A stretch of DNA of 42,044 nt from a virus (IMGVR_UViG_3300034025_000089:1-42044), one strand, 5' to 3'; positions 8,699 to 17,103 are shown, numbered from the stretch's first letter. Notes: generated from the letters alone by a model not told the origin. Made by a program: numbers and translations.

Positions 8699-9171
8699 AA
8701 ACGCTAATCCTCGCGTGCAGCGCGACCAAACGGCCGAGCTCGGCGCCGGTGCCGGCGATCGAGCTCTACGATGGGCCGGCCTTTCGCACCGTGCGGAAGA
8801 ACCGGCGCCAGGATCTCGCCGTGCTGATCTTGTCGGCCGAGCACGGCTTGATCGCCGAGCACGAACGGATCGCCACCTACGATCGCAAGATGGACAGGGC
8901 GCGGGCGGCCGAGCTCGCCGACCAGGTAGGGCGGACGTTGCTCGAGCTCGAGCGCGCCGCCACGCTCGCGTGCAACGTCCTCCTCTACGGCGGCGCCGCC
9001 TACCGCCTGGCCGTTCGGCTCGGCCTCGAGCGCAACCGCGGCGAGTTCCTGTGGCGCCGGATGCACCGCACCCGCGGCGCGATCGGCGAGCAGCTCGGCC
9101 AGCTTAAAGCCTGGCTCACCGCGGCGCCGGCGGCCCGCCACTGGAACGCAGACACGATGGAGCTCGCATGA
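8695..9171 (+). CDS. DUF6884-like (YaaA/TGT-associated) protein (158 aa)
   Basis: Pattern LILACSATKR...PAIELYDGPAF...ILSAEHGLI.....IATYDRKM, then YGGAAY and GAIGEQL. Confidence 0.75.
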   Translation: MKTLILACSATKRPSSAPVPAIELYDGPAFRTVRKNRRQDLAVLILSAEHGLIAEHERIATYDRKMDRARAAELADQVGRTLLELERAATLACNVLLYGGAAYRLAVRLGLERNRGEFLWRRMHRTRGAIGEQLGQLKAWLTAAPAARHWNADTMELA

Positions 9172-9359
9172 AGTGGCGGCACGATGAGCGGCTCGAGGCG
9201 CGCGGCTACCGGGATCCCGACGATCGCAAGGCTTTCGGGGGCGGCTACAGCGACGGCTTCCACGGCTATCGAATGTGGGCGAGCAACGAGCGGGATTGGC
9301 ACCCCAACGCCTACAGCGCCGGCTATTGGGAAGGCAAAGCCGACAAGGAAGGCGCATGA
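9168..9359 (+). CDS. Hypothetical protein (63 aa)
   Basis: ATGA-coupled; repeated GYxDG and AYSAGYWEG motifs. Confidence 0.6.
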   Translation: MKWRHDERLEARGYRDPDDRKAFGGGYSDGFHGYRMWASNERDWHPNAYSAGYWEGKADKEGA

Positions 9360-9520
9360 ACGCTACAGCCCCGAACACGAAGGTTCCTTGCGACGGGTGC
9401 GGCGGCAACGGCCGCGGCCGCTACCCACCCACCTACGAGCTGAGCAAGTGCCGGCGCGACGGGTGCAACGGCAAAGGGTGGATCACCTACAAGAAGCTAA
9501 CCGAAATCAAATGGTACTAA
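9356..9520 (+). CDS. DnaJ-type Cys-rich zinc-finger microprotein (54 aa)
   Basis: CDGCGGNG and CRRDGCNGKG (CxxCxGxG-like). Confidence 0.65.
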   Translation: MNATAPNTKVPCDGCGGNGRGRYPPTYELSKCRRDGCNGKGWITYKKLTEIKWY

Positions 9521-9529
9521 GGAGGACGT

Positions 9530-9787
9530 ATGAGAGGCCACACCGATCGGGCAACGATCAACGCGCGAAAGCCGCTGAGCGAAGCCATGGCAACGATGCT
9601 GCGCCGCGTCCGCGAGCTCGAGCAGCGCGCCGAGGAAAAAGGAAGCGAGCCGATAATCTGGCGCGAGCTGACCAATGCGGACAAGAACAGGATCCGCGCC
9701 CTTCGCGACCGCGGCCTGGTCTACCAGGTCGGCAGCACGCTGGACTATATCCTGCAAACCGACGCAGGAAAGGCGACCGAGCTATGA
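9530..9787 (+). CDS. Hypothetical protein, possible winged helix (85 aa)
   Basis: TAAGGAGG RBS; contains ALRDRGLV...LQTDAGK. Confidence 0.65.
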   Translation: MRGHTDRATINARKPLSEAMATMLRRVRELEQRAEEKGSEPIIWRELTNADKNRIRALRDRGLVYQVGSTLDYILQTDAGKATEL

Positions 9788-10146
9788 ACACACCCCCGAA
9801 CAACCCAGGGAACGGGGCGAACGACGCGGCCGCGATAGCCGCCGACGAAGCGCGCGAGAAGCGCCTCGCCGAGTGCAAGGCTTACGCCATGCGCTTCCTC
9901 GACCAGCGCGACCCGGATCTTGCCGGCGCCCTGGTCGCGTTCGCCAGCGAGGCGGCGAAACCCTATGCGGACAAGCCGCACCTGATCGAGCTCGGGAATG
10001 CCTTTTGGGCCTTCGCCGCCGGCAAGATGATACTGGCCCGCGTCGACCAGGGGACCGAGGAGCTCGGCGGATCAGAGGAGGCCGCCCGGATCGTCCGACT
10101 TGGCGAGCGCGAGAATATGCGGGCATGGATCAACGGTTTTCGGTGA
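9784..10146 (+). CDS. Hypothetical protein (120 aa)
   Basis: ATGA-coupled start, MNTPPNNPG... Confidence 0.65.
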   Translation: MNTPPNNPGNGANDAAAIAADEAREKRLAECKAYAMRFLDQRDPDLAGALVAFASEAAKPYADKPHLIELGNAFWAFAAGKMILARVDQGTEELGGSEEAARIVRLGERENMRAWINGFR

Positions 10147-10160
10147 ACGGAGGTTCGACT

Positions 10161-10478
10161 ATGGCGAATTGGCACACGGCGAACAGGCGCCGCCGCAGGC
10201 AGTTGGGAACGGCACCCTCTCTAACCCTGCCGGGCGCAGTCCCGCCTTTCACAAGCAAGAGCGGTGAACTTATCGGCTTTTGGGACGATGAAACGTCATG
10301 GACCCGAGCCTTTCTCGAGGACCGCCGCGAGTCGTTGGAGGATGCCGAATGGCGTCGGCTCTATCAGGCCAAGTTTCCTCCGCCTACCGAGGAGGAGATC
10401 GCCTACCAGAAGCGGAAGCGCGAGCGGGACCACATCTACGATGACCTCTACGTCACAAGGTACGGGGACAGAATATGA
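10161..10478 (+). CDS. Hypothetical protein (105 aa)
   Basis: GGAGGT RBS; its stop overlaps the recombinase start. Confidence 0.6.
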   Translation: MANWHTANRRRRRQLGTAPSLTLPGAVPPFTSKSGELIGFWDDETSWTRAFLEDRRESLEDAEWRRLYQAKFPPPTEEEIAYQKRKRERDHIYDDLYVTRYGDRI

Positions 10479-11071
10479 AAATCGGCTACGCCCGCGTCTC
10501 GAGCGCCGGCCAGAACCTCGAAACCCAGGTCGCCGCCCTCGAGGCCGCCGGGTGCGAGCGGATCTTCCAGGAGAAGCGCAGCGGAACGTCGACGGACGGC
10601 CGCCAGGAGCTTGAGCGCGCGCTGGACGCGCTTCGCCCCGGCGACACCCTCACCGTGACCAGGCTTGACCGCCTGGCGCGCTCCGTGGGCGATCTGCACC
10701 GCATTGTGGAGCGGATCGACGCCGGCGGCGCCACCTTCGCCTGTTTGCAGCAGGGCGGCGTCGACACCACCAGCTCGACAGGCAAGCTCATGCTGGCGAT
10801 CCTGGGCGCCGTTGCCGAGTTCGAGAACGACATTCGCCGCGATCGCCAGCGCGACGGGATCGAGCGGGCGAGGGAGAAAGGCGTGTATCAGCGCCGCAAG
10901 GCCGGCAAGAAGATCCCCGAAGCAAAGCGCCGTCAGGTTGTGGAGCTGCTCGACGCCGGCAAGCTCGGCCCAACCGAGATCGCGTCGACAGTTGGCATCG
11001 GCCGCGCAACCGTTTATCGGATCGAGGCAGAGATTCGCCAAGAGAGGCAGGATCTTGAGGGCGTCACATAA
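10475..11071 (+). CDS. Small serine recombinase (resolvase/invertase family) with C-terminal HTH
   Basis: N-terminal IGYARVSS..QNLE.Q catalytic-Ser motif, VTRLDRLARS, AEFE, and C-terminal EIASTVGIGRATVYR. Confidence 0.95.
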   Translation: MKIGYARVSSAGQNLETQVAALEAAGCERIFQEKRSGTSTDGRQELERALDALRPGDTLTVTRLDRLARSVGDLHRIVERIDAGGATFACLQQGGVDTTSSTGKLMLAILGAVAEFENDIRRDRQRDGIERAREKGVYQRRKAGKKIPEAKRRQVVELLDAGKLGPTEIASTVGIGRATVYRIEAEIRQERQDLEGVT

Positions 11072-11271
11072 GCGTAAAGAACCGTATCGCGCCCGCAACA
11101 GTACCGCATAAACAAAGTTAACAATTTTGGCGGTAAGTATTACCCGCGAGACTCGCCGCCCTGTAACCGTATAGGCGGCCCGCTTCGCCCCCATGGGGAG
11201 AGTCGGCATACCACCCCTTGTCGACTCGGGGGCGACGGCCGCCGTTCCGAAAGGGGCGGCGGCCGCCCCGC

Positions 11272-11280
11272 TTATCCACA
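11272..11280 (+). promoter_or_regulatory. Perfect DnaA box TTATCCACA
   Basis: Exact consensus, 6 bp upstream of the predicted sRNA -35 element. Confidence 0.55.
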
Positions 11281-11286
11281 GGGGCT

Positions 11287-11314
11287 TTGCAAGGAATTTG
11301 AATCGGGCTATCTA
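11287..11314 (+). promoter_or_regulatory. Sigma70-type promoter for the predicted sRNA
   Basis: TTGCAA (11287-11292), 16-bp spacer, then (GC)TATCTA (11309-11314), resembling alphaproteobacterial TTG...GCTANAWC promoters. Confidence 0.6.
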
Positions 11315-11320
11315 GGCCAC

Positions 11321-11420
11321 AACTCGCGCGTGAGCGTTCGCAAGTTTAACCACCCCCGCGAAACCGATCGAGCGAAACCTCCCCGCCGGCGGACCCTCGA
11401 GGGCGCCGGCGGTTTTTTTT
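11321..11420 (+). ncRNA. Predicted structured small regulatory RNA with loop seed AACCACCCCC
   Basis: It has an upstream promoter and a downstream intrinsic terminator, with no credible ORF. It folds as a CTCG/CGAG closing stem, a CGC-GTGA-GCG GNRA hairpin and a TTCGC/GCGAA stem with a 16-nt loop. The seed is complementary to a motif before about 15 phage start codons. Confidence 0.65.
11383..11420 (+). terminator. Rho-independent terminator
   Basis: CCGCCGGCG...CGCCGGCGG stem followed by T8. Confidence 0.85.
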
Positions 11421-11548
11421 GGCGGCGCTGCGGCCGCTCAACCAGGTTAGCCGCTTCGGGGCTTGACCGGCCAACCGCCCCGACTCATTCTGCACCTGGT
11501 CGGCGCGGGTGATCCCACAGATCTTAAAACCCCAAAAGCCCGCGCCGG

Positions 11549-11983
11549 CTACAGCACCTTACGGATGGAGAGGTTGTCCACTGCAAGGTTGGTGTTCGGA
11601 CTCGCAAACAGGATGGCACCCGTCCCAGCCTGGGCTACAATGTCCTCGACATAGACGCCTACAGCGCCTCGGATCGTTCCTACCCCGTTGCCATAACGCA
11701 CCGAGACGCCGCCGGTGGTGTAGGATACGACCTCGAACGAAACCCGGTAGGTCGCGCCGATTTCTGCAAGGGGCGTGTTGGGATTCGAACACCCGCGCGG
11801 GACGCCAGTCGTCGCGGCTGTCATGACGCCGCTACCGAGGGTCCAGGATGGACCGACCCACCCCGCGACATCGTCAAATGTGCCGTTGACCGCCAGCTCC
11901 GGCCCAAGGCCGCCGCCACCCGGCGCCGGCGCCGCGTGCCTGGCGATCGCCGCCGGCGAGACGGCCGAGCCGCTCACCAGCAC
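11549..11983 (-). CDS. Putative head fibre / carbohydrate-binding jelly-roll virion protein (144 aa)
   Basis: A Gly/Pro linker precedes ELAVNGTFD...TYRVSFEV...VDNLSIRKV, typical of galactose-binding-like beta sandwiches. It follows a spike-base-like gene. Confidence 0.55.
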   Translation of the reverse strand: MLVSGSAVSPAAIARHAAPAPGGGGLGPELAVNGTFDDVAGWVGPSWTLGSGVMTAATTGVPRGCSNPNTPLAEIGATYRVSFEVVSYTTGGVSVRYGNGVGTIRGAVGVYVEDIVAQAGTGAILFASPNTNLAVDNLSIRKVL

Positions 11984-11984
11984 G

Positions 11985-12212
11985 TCAGTAACCGATCTTG
12001 ACGGTGCCGGCGGACACGGCGCGGATCTTGATCGCCGCGATCGGGTTGACGCCGCGGTTCAGCGGCACGCCGTCGACATCGCCCCCATCGGCCTGGGTAA
12101 TGTCGGCCGTGCAATCCTCGCTGGCGAGGATCGCGCGGCATTCCGCGAACGAAACGCCGATCGTCGGCATCGTGATGGTCGTAAGGGAGCCGAGACGGCT
12201 TGCATTGCTCAT
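11985..12212 (-). CDS. Putative head spike base protein (RcGTA Rcc01079-like), 75 aa
   Basis: CRAILAS..CTADIT.ADG.DV.GVPL..GVNPIAAIKIRAVS resembles the Rcc01079-family pattern as I recall it. Confidence 0.5.
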   Translation of the reverse strand: MSNASRLGSLTTITMPTIGVSFAECRAILASEDCTADITQADGGDVDGVPLNRGVNPIAAIKIRAVSAGTVKIGY

Positions 12213-12263
12213 GATTTTCCACCCCTGGAAAGCTGGCCTCTCGGCCCGACAGGCAAGGGTGTA

Positions 12264-14129
12264 TCAGTCCTCGGGCGTCAGGTCCACGATCGCCTCGAGC
12301 GGAACCAGCGTCGACCACAAGGCCGCGGATCCGGCGAACCGCACGTTGACCCGCTTGATCGCGGCCGCGTCGACCTCGAGATCGCGGCCGCCATGGTCCG
12401 TAATCGTCAGCTTGCGGACGGCGCCCGCCTGGTCGAGCAGCTTGACGCGGGCGAGGGCCTGGGACCACACGCCTTCCGCCCACCGGCTCCCGTCGAAGAT
12501 CTTGGCAAGCGCTTCGTGCTTGTTGGCGATCGCCAGGAACAGCGCCTTGCCGGCGACCGGCTTGACGGCGCCGATCGCGCCCTTCTCCGTCGCCCTGGCG
12601 TTCACGATCTTCATGCCGAAATTCTCGAGGCGATCCATCGCGTAGCGCGCGGAATCGTCGGCACCGAGCGCGCGCTTGATGTGGCGGGTGACCGGCATGG
12701 GCTCATCGCCGCCGCGGCTCTGCAAGTGCCGCGAGCCGAGATATTGCACCGCTTCTTCTTCGTCCGACACATCGCCCGCCTTCTCGGCCATGCTCGAGGC
12801 GGGAAGCATGGCACCCCAATGGCTGAGCAGCGCCTTGTCGGGCGCATGGTCGTAGAGGAGGAGATCCGCGCAGGCGAGCAGCGTCCCGAACTGATCCTGC
12901 GAGCGGCCGTTGTGGCCGGCGTCGCCGAGCGCCTGACGATAGGCTTGCAGCGTCGTTTCGAAGCGTGACCATTGTGCGACCAGGCGCGCCCGCAATTCGC
13001 GTCCCGTTTCACGCAACGCGCCTTCATCGATAACCGGCGCCACCGCCCCATCGGGGATCCGCTCGAGCTCGAGCATGGCGAGGCGGTTGCGATCCTGGGC
13101 GAGCTGCGGCGGAACCAGGATCGAGGAGAACAGGAAGCAGCTTCGCGCGGTGAACTCATGCGCGTTGTGATCTTGGCCGCCGCGACCGATCTTGCCGCCC
13201 GAGCTCGCCAGGCGCGCCAGTTTGATAACCGCCTTGTTGCGCCGGTTGTCGCCGCCTTCGTCGGGCTCGAGCTCGTCAAAGAATACGGGCATGGTTTGCA
13301 GGCCGAGAAGCTGGCGGATCGCCGCCTCGGTTGCGTCGTGCGTATGGAGCGCGCCACCGTCCATCAGCGCCTCGAGCGCCATTTGCAGCGTCGACTTGCC
13401 GGTCGAGCTCGAGCCCGTAATCCAGGCGTGCGGGCGCCAGCGCAGCACGCCGCCGATCATCGCCGCGCCGACCCAGCCCAACAGAAAGAACGGATCCACA
13501 TCGGGCCGCGCCCAATACCAGGATCCGAACAGCGACAGCAGGCTTTCGGCCGAGACGCCAAGCGAGGTGGCCGGCGCCGGGCGCGGGATCCCCGGCGCCG
13601 TGGGGTAGACGAAGCGCCCGAGCTTGCCGGGCTGGTGGTAAACCGCCCCGTCCTTGCCGGCGACAAGCACCACGTCGCCGCAATGCAGGATCAGTTCGCC
13701 GTTTAACCCACGGTGCGCGCCGCGATCGCGCACCTTGCCTTGCGGATCGAATATCCCCTCGAAGGCGGCCGCGCGGGCGAGCAGATCGCTTGCCACCTGG
13801 GGCTTCCACCCGTTTTGCTTGCCGTTGTCGCCGAACCGCGGCCACAGTTCATCGCACAACGCCGATTGGCGGCCGAACAGGTTGCGGATATTCTTGTCGC
13901 CCATTTTCTGGGGCTCGAGCGCGACGAGCTGGCCGAGTTCATCCAGGAAGTAGCAGACCTGGCCGAGCTTCCCCAAGGGAATGACCGGGCAGCGCGGATC
14001 CAGGAGCGGCAGTTCGGGTTCGTCGGCGACTTCCTCGCGCGGCGGCCGCGACACCTTGGGCGCCGGCAAAGCCTGGTCGATCGCCTCACCTACCACGCGA
14101 AGGCCGCTGCGCGCGCGATCGTCACTCAT
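12264..14129 (-). CDS. Replicative helicase (P-loop, SF3/DUF927-like) partnering the primase (621 aa)
   Basis: Walker A GSSSTGKST, Walker B FFDELE, RLASSGG and FLFSSI motifs; directly downstream of the primase. Confidence 0.85.
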   Translation of the reverse strand: MSDDRARSGLRVVGEAIDQALPAPKVSRPPREEVADEPELPLLDPRCPVIPLGKLGQVCYFLDELGQLVALEPQKMGDKNIRNLFGRQSALCDELWPRFGDNGKQNGWKPQVASDLLARAAAFEGIFDPQGKVRDRGAHRGLNGELILHCGDVVLVAGKDGAVYHQPGKLGRFVYPTAPGIPRPAPATSLGVSAESLLSLFGSWYWARPDVDPFFLLGWVGAAMIGGVLRWRPHAWITGSSSTGKSTLQMALEALMDGGALHTHDATEAAIRQLLGLQTMPVFFDELEPDEGGDNRRNKAVIKLARLASSGGKIGRGGQDHNAHEFTARSCFLFSSILVPPQLAQDRNRLAMLELERIPDGAVAPVIDEGALRETGRELRARLVAQWSRFETTLQAYRQALGDAGHNGRSQDQFGTLLACADLLLYDHAPDKALLSHWGAMLPASSMAEKAGDVSDEEEAVQYLGSRHLQSRGGDEPMPVTRHIKRALGADDSARYAMDRLENFGMKIVNARATEKGAIGAVKPVAGKALFLAIANKHEALAKIFDGSRWAEGVWSQALARVKLLDQAGAVRKLTITDHGGRDLEVDAAAIKRVNVRFAGSAALWSTLVPLEAIVDLTPED

Positions 14130-15240
14130 TTACACCACCCCACAAATTATCCTGCGCGCCGGCGTCCGATTTCGGATCTACCAGCTCGTTATAATCCTTC
14201 ACGCCCTTGGGCGGGTAAGCGAGCCGCACGTCGCGGCCTGCGCTTTGGTGCCTGGCAACGGCGCGCTCGAGCGCGTCGATCGCGCCCTGCTTTTCGTCGC
14301 GCTGCGCCAGGATGATGAGCGGCCCCATGTCGGGCGGCAGCACCAGGGCGCCGATGTTCGACAGGGAGATCGCGGCAATGACGCGGTATTGCGGGCGGGC
14401 CATGGCCGCGGTGAGCCCGTCCTCGATCCCTTCCGAGACCAGGATCGGCTCGCCGGCCTTGTGGTGGCGCATGGATTGAGCGCTCTCCCCCTTCCACAAG
14501 GGGATGAAGCCGCCGGCGAACTTGCCGAGCGCCTTTTTCGGCTCAACCAGGCCGGCCTTCCCGGATCCATCGGGGCGGATCCACGTCCGGTGCGTCGCGA
14601 CATGGTGCCCCTCGAGGTTGACCACGCCGGCGACCATGCACGGCATCTTCTTCTCGACTTCCTTGCAGTAGACTTCCGGGTGGAACTTGATCGAGCCCGG
14701 CGAATCGAGCCCCACCGCCCGAAGGTCGATCCCCCGCGACACCAGGTAGGCTTCGGCCGCCGTTCCGGGGATCGGCCGCGCCGACAGGTAAAGGTTCTGC
14801 GCCGATCGGCGGCGCTGCTCGGCAACCTTGGCAGCTTCCTGTTGGGCGTCGTTCGCGGCCTTGTTCGCCTCGGCGCGGCGGGTGGCGAGCCGGTTCGGAT
14901 CGAGCCCATCGAGGCCAAGGTAGGAGATCCCCCAGGAGATCGCGTCGGCAAGGTTGCCCCCGAACCGAACGCGCGCCGCCAGCCAAAGCAGATCCCCCGA
15001 ACGTTCGGGGCTCTTGTCCGGTGCCGAAAAGTCCGTCCACACGCCGCGCATCGGGCCGCCCAGGTTCAGCGCCAGGCTTTGGCCCGGCTCCCCCTCGATC
15101 GAGCCGACGCGCCAATAGCCGCACTCCTCGCGGCCGTTTGGCAACAAATGGGTTGCAACCGCCTGCACCTGGCCGCGAAGCATTTGCTCGAGCTCGCGCG
15201 GCTCGATCGCGACCCGGCTCTTGGGGCGGTTGTCACTCAT
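14122..15240 (-). CDS. Toprim DNA primase (P4 alpha / DUF7146-like), 372 aa
   Basis: N-terminal LLPNGR...WRVGSIEGEPGQSL...WTDF...GDLL, then AEAYLVSRGI, HRTWI and the Toprim motif VSEGIEDGLT. Confidence 0.88.
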   Translation of the reverse strand: MSDNRPKSRVAIEPRELEQMLRGQVQAVATHLLPNGREECGYWRVGSIEGEPGQSLALNLGGPMRGVWTDFSAPDKSPERSGDLLWLAARVRFGGNLADAISWGISYLGLDGLDPNRLATRRAEANKAANDAQQEAAKVAEQRRRSAQNLYLSARPIPGTAAEAYLVSRGIDLRAVGLDSPGSIKFHPEVYCKEVEKKMPCMVAGVVNLEGHHVATHRTWIRPDGSGKAGLVEPKKALGKFAGGFIPLWKGESAQSMRHHKAGEPILVSEGIEDGLTAAMARPQYRVIAAISLSNIGALVLPPDMGPLIILAQRDEKQGAIDALERAVARHQSAGRDVRLAYPPKGVKDYNELVDPKSDAGAQDNLWGGVNE

Positions 15241-15485
15241 TCGCTGATGCCGGCAAATTCGAGCAGCTCGAGCCGCGACATTTCGCGCCGATCGCCCGCC
15301 TGGCTGACTCGGAAGCGATCGCCGCCGAGCGGGCGCACCGTCCAGCCACACCCCCGGCACGATCGCATCGCACGTTGCAGCGGCGTGTTGCTCCGCGGTT
15401 CCGGTTCCGGTGTGTAATCCCCGAACGGCACATCGTCGTTGAGAGGAGGCAGATCGGCGTCGGGGTTCGTCGGAGGGGAGCTCAT
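15237..15485 (-). CDS. Hypothetical protein (82 aa)
   Basis: GGGGAGGT RBS and ATGA coupling to the primase. Confidence 0.65.
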   Translation of the reverse strand: MSSPPTNPDADLPPLNDDVPFGDYTPEPEPRSNTPLQRAMRSCRGCGWTVRPLGGDRFRVSQAGDRREMSRLELLEFAGISE

Positions 15486-15640
15486 GCCCGTACCTCCCCG
15501 GCGAGCTGCTCGGCCGCGGCGCACAGCGCTTCGATCTTCTGGCGCTGCTTGGGCGTCACCGTGCCGCGCAGCCTGCCCGCCGGCACGTTGTCGCGCACCC
15601 ACCAGGCGAGTTCGCGAACCTGGTTAGGATCCGGCTTCAT
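15482..15640 (-). CDS. Hypothetical protein (52 aa), MKPDPNQVRELAWWVRDN...
   Basis: ATGA overlaps on both sides; below the ORF-track size cutoff. Confidence 0.6.
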   Translation of the reverse strand: MKPDPNQVRELAWWVRDNVPAGRLRGTVTPKQRQKIEALCAAAEQLAGEVRA

Positions 15641-16227
15641 TGACCGCCCTCCGCTTGCGCCAGAGCCTCCTCGAGCGCCACGAAGCCGGGGCAGGGATCA
15701 TCGAGCGCAGCCGTGCATTGGTCGGCATAGGTTGCGAGCGTCGCACCGCAGCGATTGCAGATCGCACCGTCCGGCAATCGCTTGCCGATACGATCGGACA
15801 ATGCCGCCGCACCGCAGCACGTTTTGAGTTTAGCCGGCGGATCCATCGGCACCGGCGGCGCGCCGGCGAGCTCGGCCACCTGGCGCAGCTCGGCCGACAG
15901 CTCGAGCGCGTCGGCCGCGCCATAGCGGGCAATCAGTTCGTCGCCCAGGAACAGGTTGACGCCCCAGCTCCCATCGGCCTGGCGCGCGGCCACGGCCCTG
16001 ATCGGCATATGCCCGTCGATCAGTTGCAGCCGCACCCGATCTCCCCAGGCCGAGACCGGCACGGCGCCGATCGTTAGAACGTGGATCCGCATGGCGAGCT
16101 GGGGCTCGGGCTCGACCTGGCCGCACTCGATCCGTCCGAACAGCTCGGGCGAAATGCCGAGCACGGCCGCGGCGACGTGATCCTGGATGCCGAAGCGGTG
16201 CCGCCACTGGCGCAGACCGTTCCTCAC
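15637..16227 (-). CDS. XRE-type HTH protein with C-terminal Cys-rich domain (196 aa)
   Basis: HTH LRQWRHRFGIQDHVAAAVLGISPELFGRIECG, plus ICNRCGATL and C...CPGF. Confidence 0.7.
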   Translation of the reverse strand: MRNGLRQWRHRFGIQDHVAAAVLGISPELFGRIECGQVEPEPQLAMRIHVLTIGAVPVSAWGDRVRLQLIDGHMPIRAVAARQADGSWGVNLFLGDELIARYGAADALELSAELRQVAELAGAPPVPMDPPAKLKTCCGAAALSDRIGKRLPDGAICNRCGATLATYADQCTAALDDPCPGFVALEEALAQAEGGQ

Positions 16228-16682
16228 TCTCCGCCCTCGATCAGCTCGAGGAAGCGCGCACGGTCGACGTCGATCAGCAAACCCGCGCCGCCACCCGCGG
16301 GAAAGGTGACGGCGCCGGCGATCGCATCCACCACCACGCCTTCGGGCAGGGCAGCGATGAGCGCCGAGACTTCCCCGACCTTGCCGAAGGTTTCGGGCAT
16401 CTCGCGCGGGTCGATCGGGTCGCCGTGCTCGTCCTTCGGCATCGCTGCGAGGACAATGTTTAGGAGCGTTCCACCTAAGTCACCGTCGAACTCCTCAGTC
16501 CCATCGCAGACTTCGTAGTTCGTCACCTTGAGCACCGTCGCCAGCAGCTCGACGGCATACTGGATGCCACTTTCGTAGACGGGCCGCAGCGGATGATCGA
16601 AGTCGGGCAGGTCGCCGTGATAGTTCGCCCAAGGCTGCAACAGCTCAGGAGGAAAAGCGGCCGAAGCATTAGCCCCGCTCAT
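16224..16682 (-). CDS. Hypothetical acidic protein (152 aa)
   Basis: Coupled ORF in the leftward operon. Confidence 0.65.
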   Translation of the reverse strand: MSGANASAAFPPELLQPWANYHGDLPDFDHPLRPVYESGIQYAVELLATVLKVTNYEVCDGTEEFDGDLGGTLLNIVLAAMPKDEHGDPIDPREMPETFGKVGEVSALIAALPEGVVVDAIAGAVTFPAGGGAGLLIDVDRARFLELIEGGE

Positions 16683-16831
16683 GGCCGCGCCGCCGTGCGG
16701 GGATCGAAACCGAAATCGAGATCCCGTTCATCGACCGCGCTGGCATACTCGGCGGCCGCCGCAATCAGGATTGCAATCACGCCCAACGTCAGGACTACGC
16801 CGACCGCGAGCCCACCAAAAAATTCAACCAT
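16679..16831 (-). CDS. Small membrane protein (50 aa), MVEFFGGLAVGVVLTLGVIAILIAAAAEY...
   Basis: Single hydrophobic helix, GGGGTGG before the ATG, ATGA overlap with the next gene. Confidence 0.65.
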   Translation of the reverse strand: MVEFFGGLAVGVVLTLGVIAILIAAAAEYASAVDERDLDFGFDPRTAARP

Positions 16832-16852
16832 GAAACCACCCCTCTAAAGCTC

Positions 16853-17080
16853 CTAGTCGTTGACAGAACTGGACGGTTGGCCCGCCTCGTGTTCGGTTTC
16901 GTAAAAATCGGAAAGTGCGATCGGCGTGTGGACCAGCTCGCCGTCGACGAATTCGACAAGCACCACCGCCGGTGGCGCGCCGTAGCCGCGATCTTCCATG
17001 AAGCGCTGGAACGCCCGTTCGGTAACGGCGTCGAGGGCTTCGGAAAGGTCCGAGCCGCTACCGCCTAAGTTTGTTCCCAT
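16853..17080 (-). CDS. Hypothetical protein (75 aa)
   Basis: ATG at 17080 is preceded by GAGGGGTGGTT. Confidence 0.6.
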   Translation of the reverse strand: MGTNLGGSGSDLSEALDAVTERAFQRFMEDRGYGAPPAVVLVEFVDGELVHTPIALSDFYETEHEAGQPSSSVND

Positions 17081-17103
17081 AACCACCCCTCACAACCTGG
17101 CCC

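Noticed and set aside
10475-11071. Tail-fibre shufflon driven by the serine recombinase
   Set aside because: The recombinase is 11 kb from the single tail fibre gene, and no inverted alternative fibre ends are visible.
11330-11512. 60-aa ORF over the predicted sRNA
   Set aside because: It has no RBS, runs through a strong terminator and is not protein-like.
11775-15417. Long plus-strand ORFs (e.g. 11775..12968, 13981..15417; similarly 869..1951, 29116..30339, 38199..39188)
   Set aside because: They are antisense shadows of real genes in GC-rich DNA, with no RBS, promoter or recognisable motifs, unlike 27503..27703.
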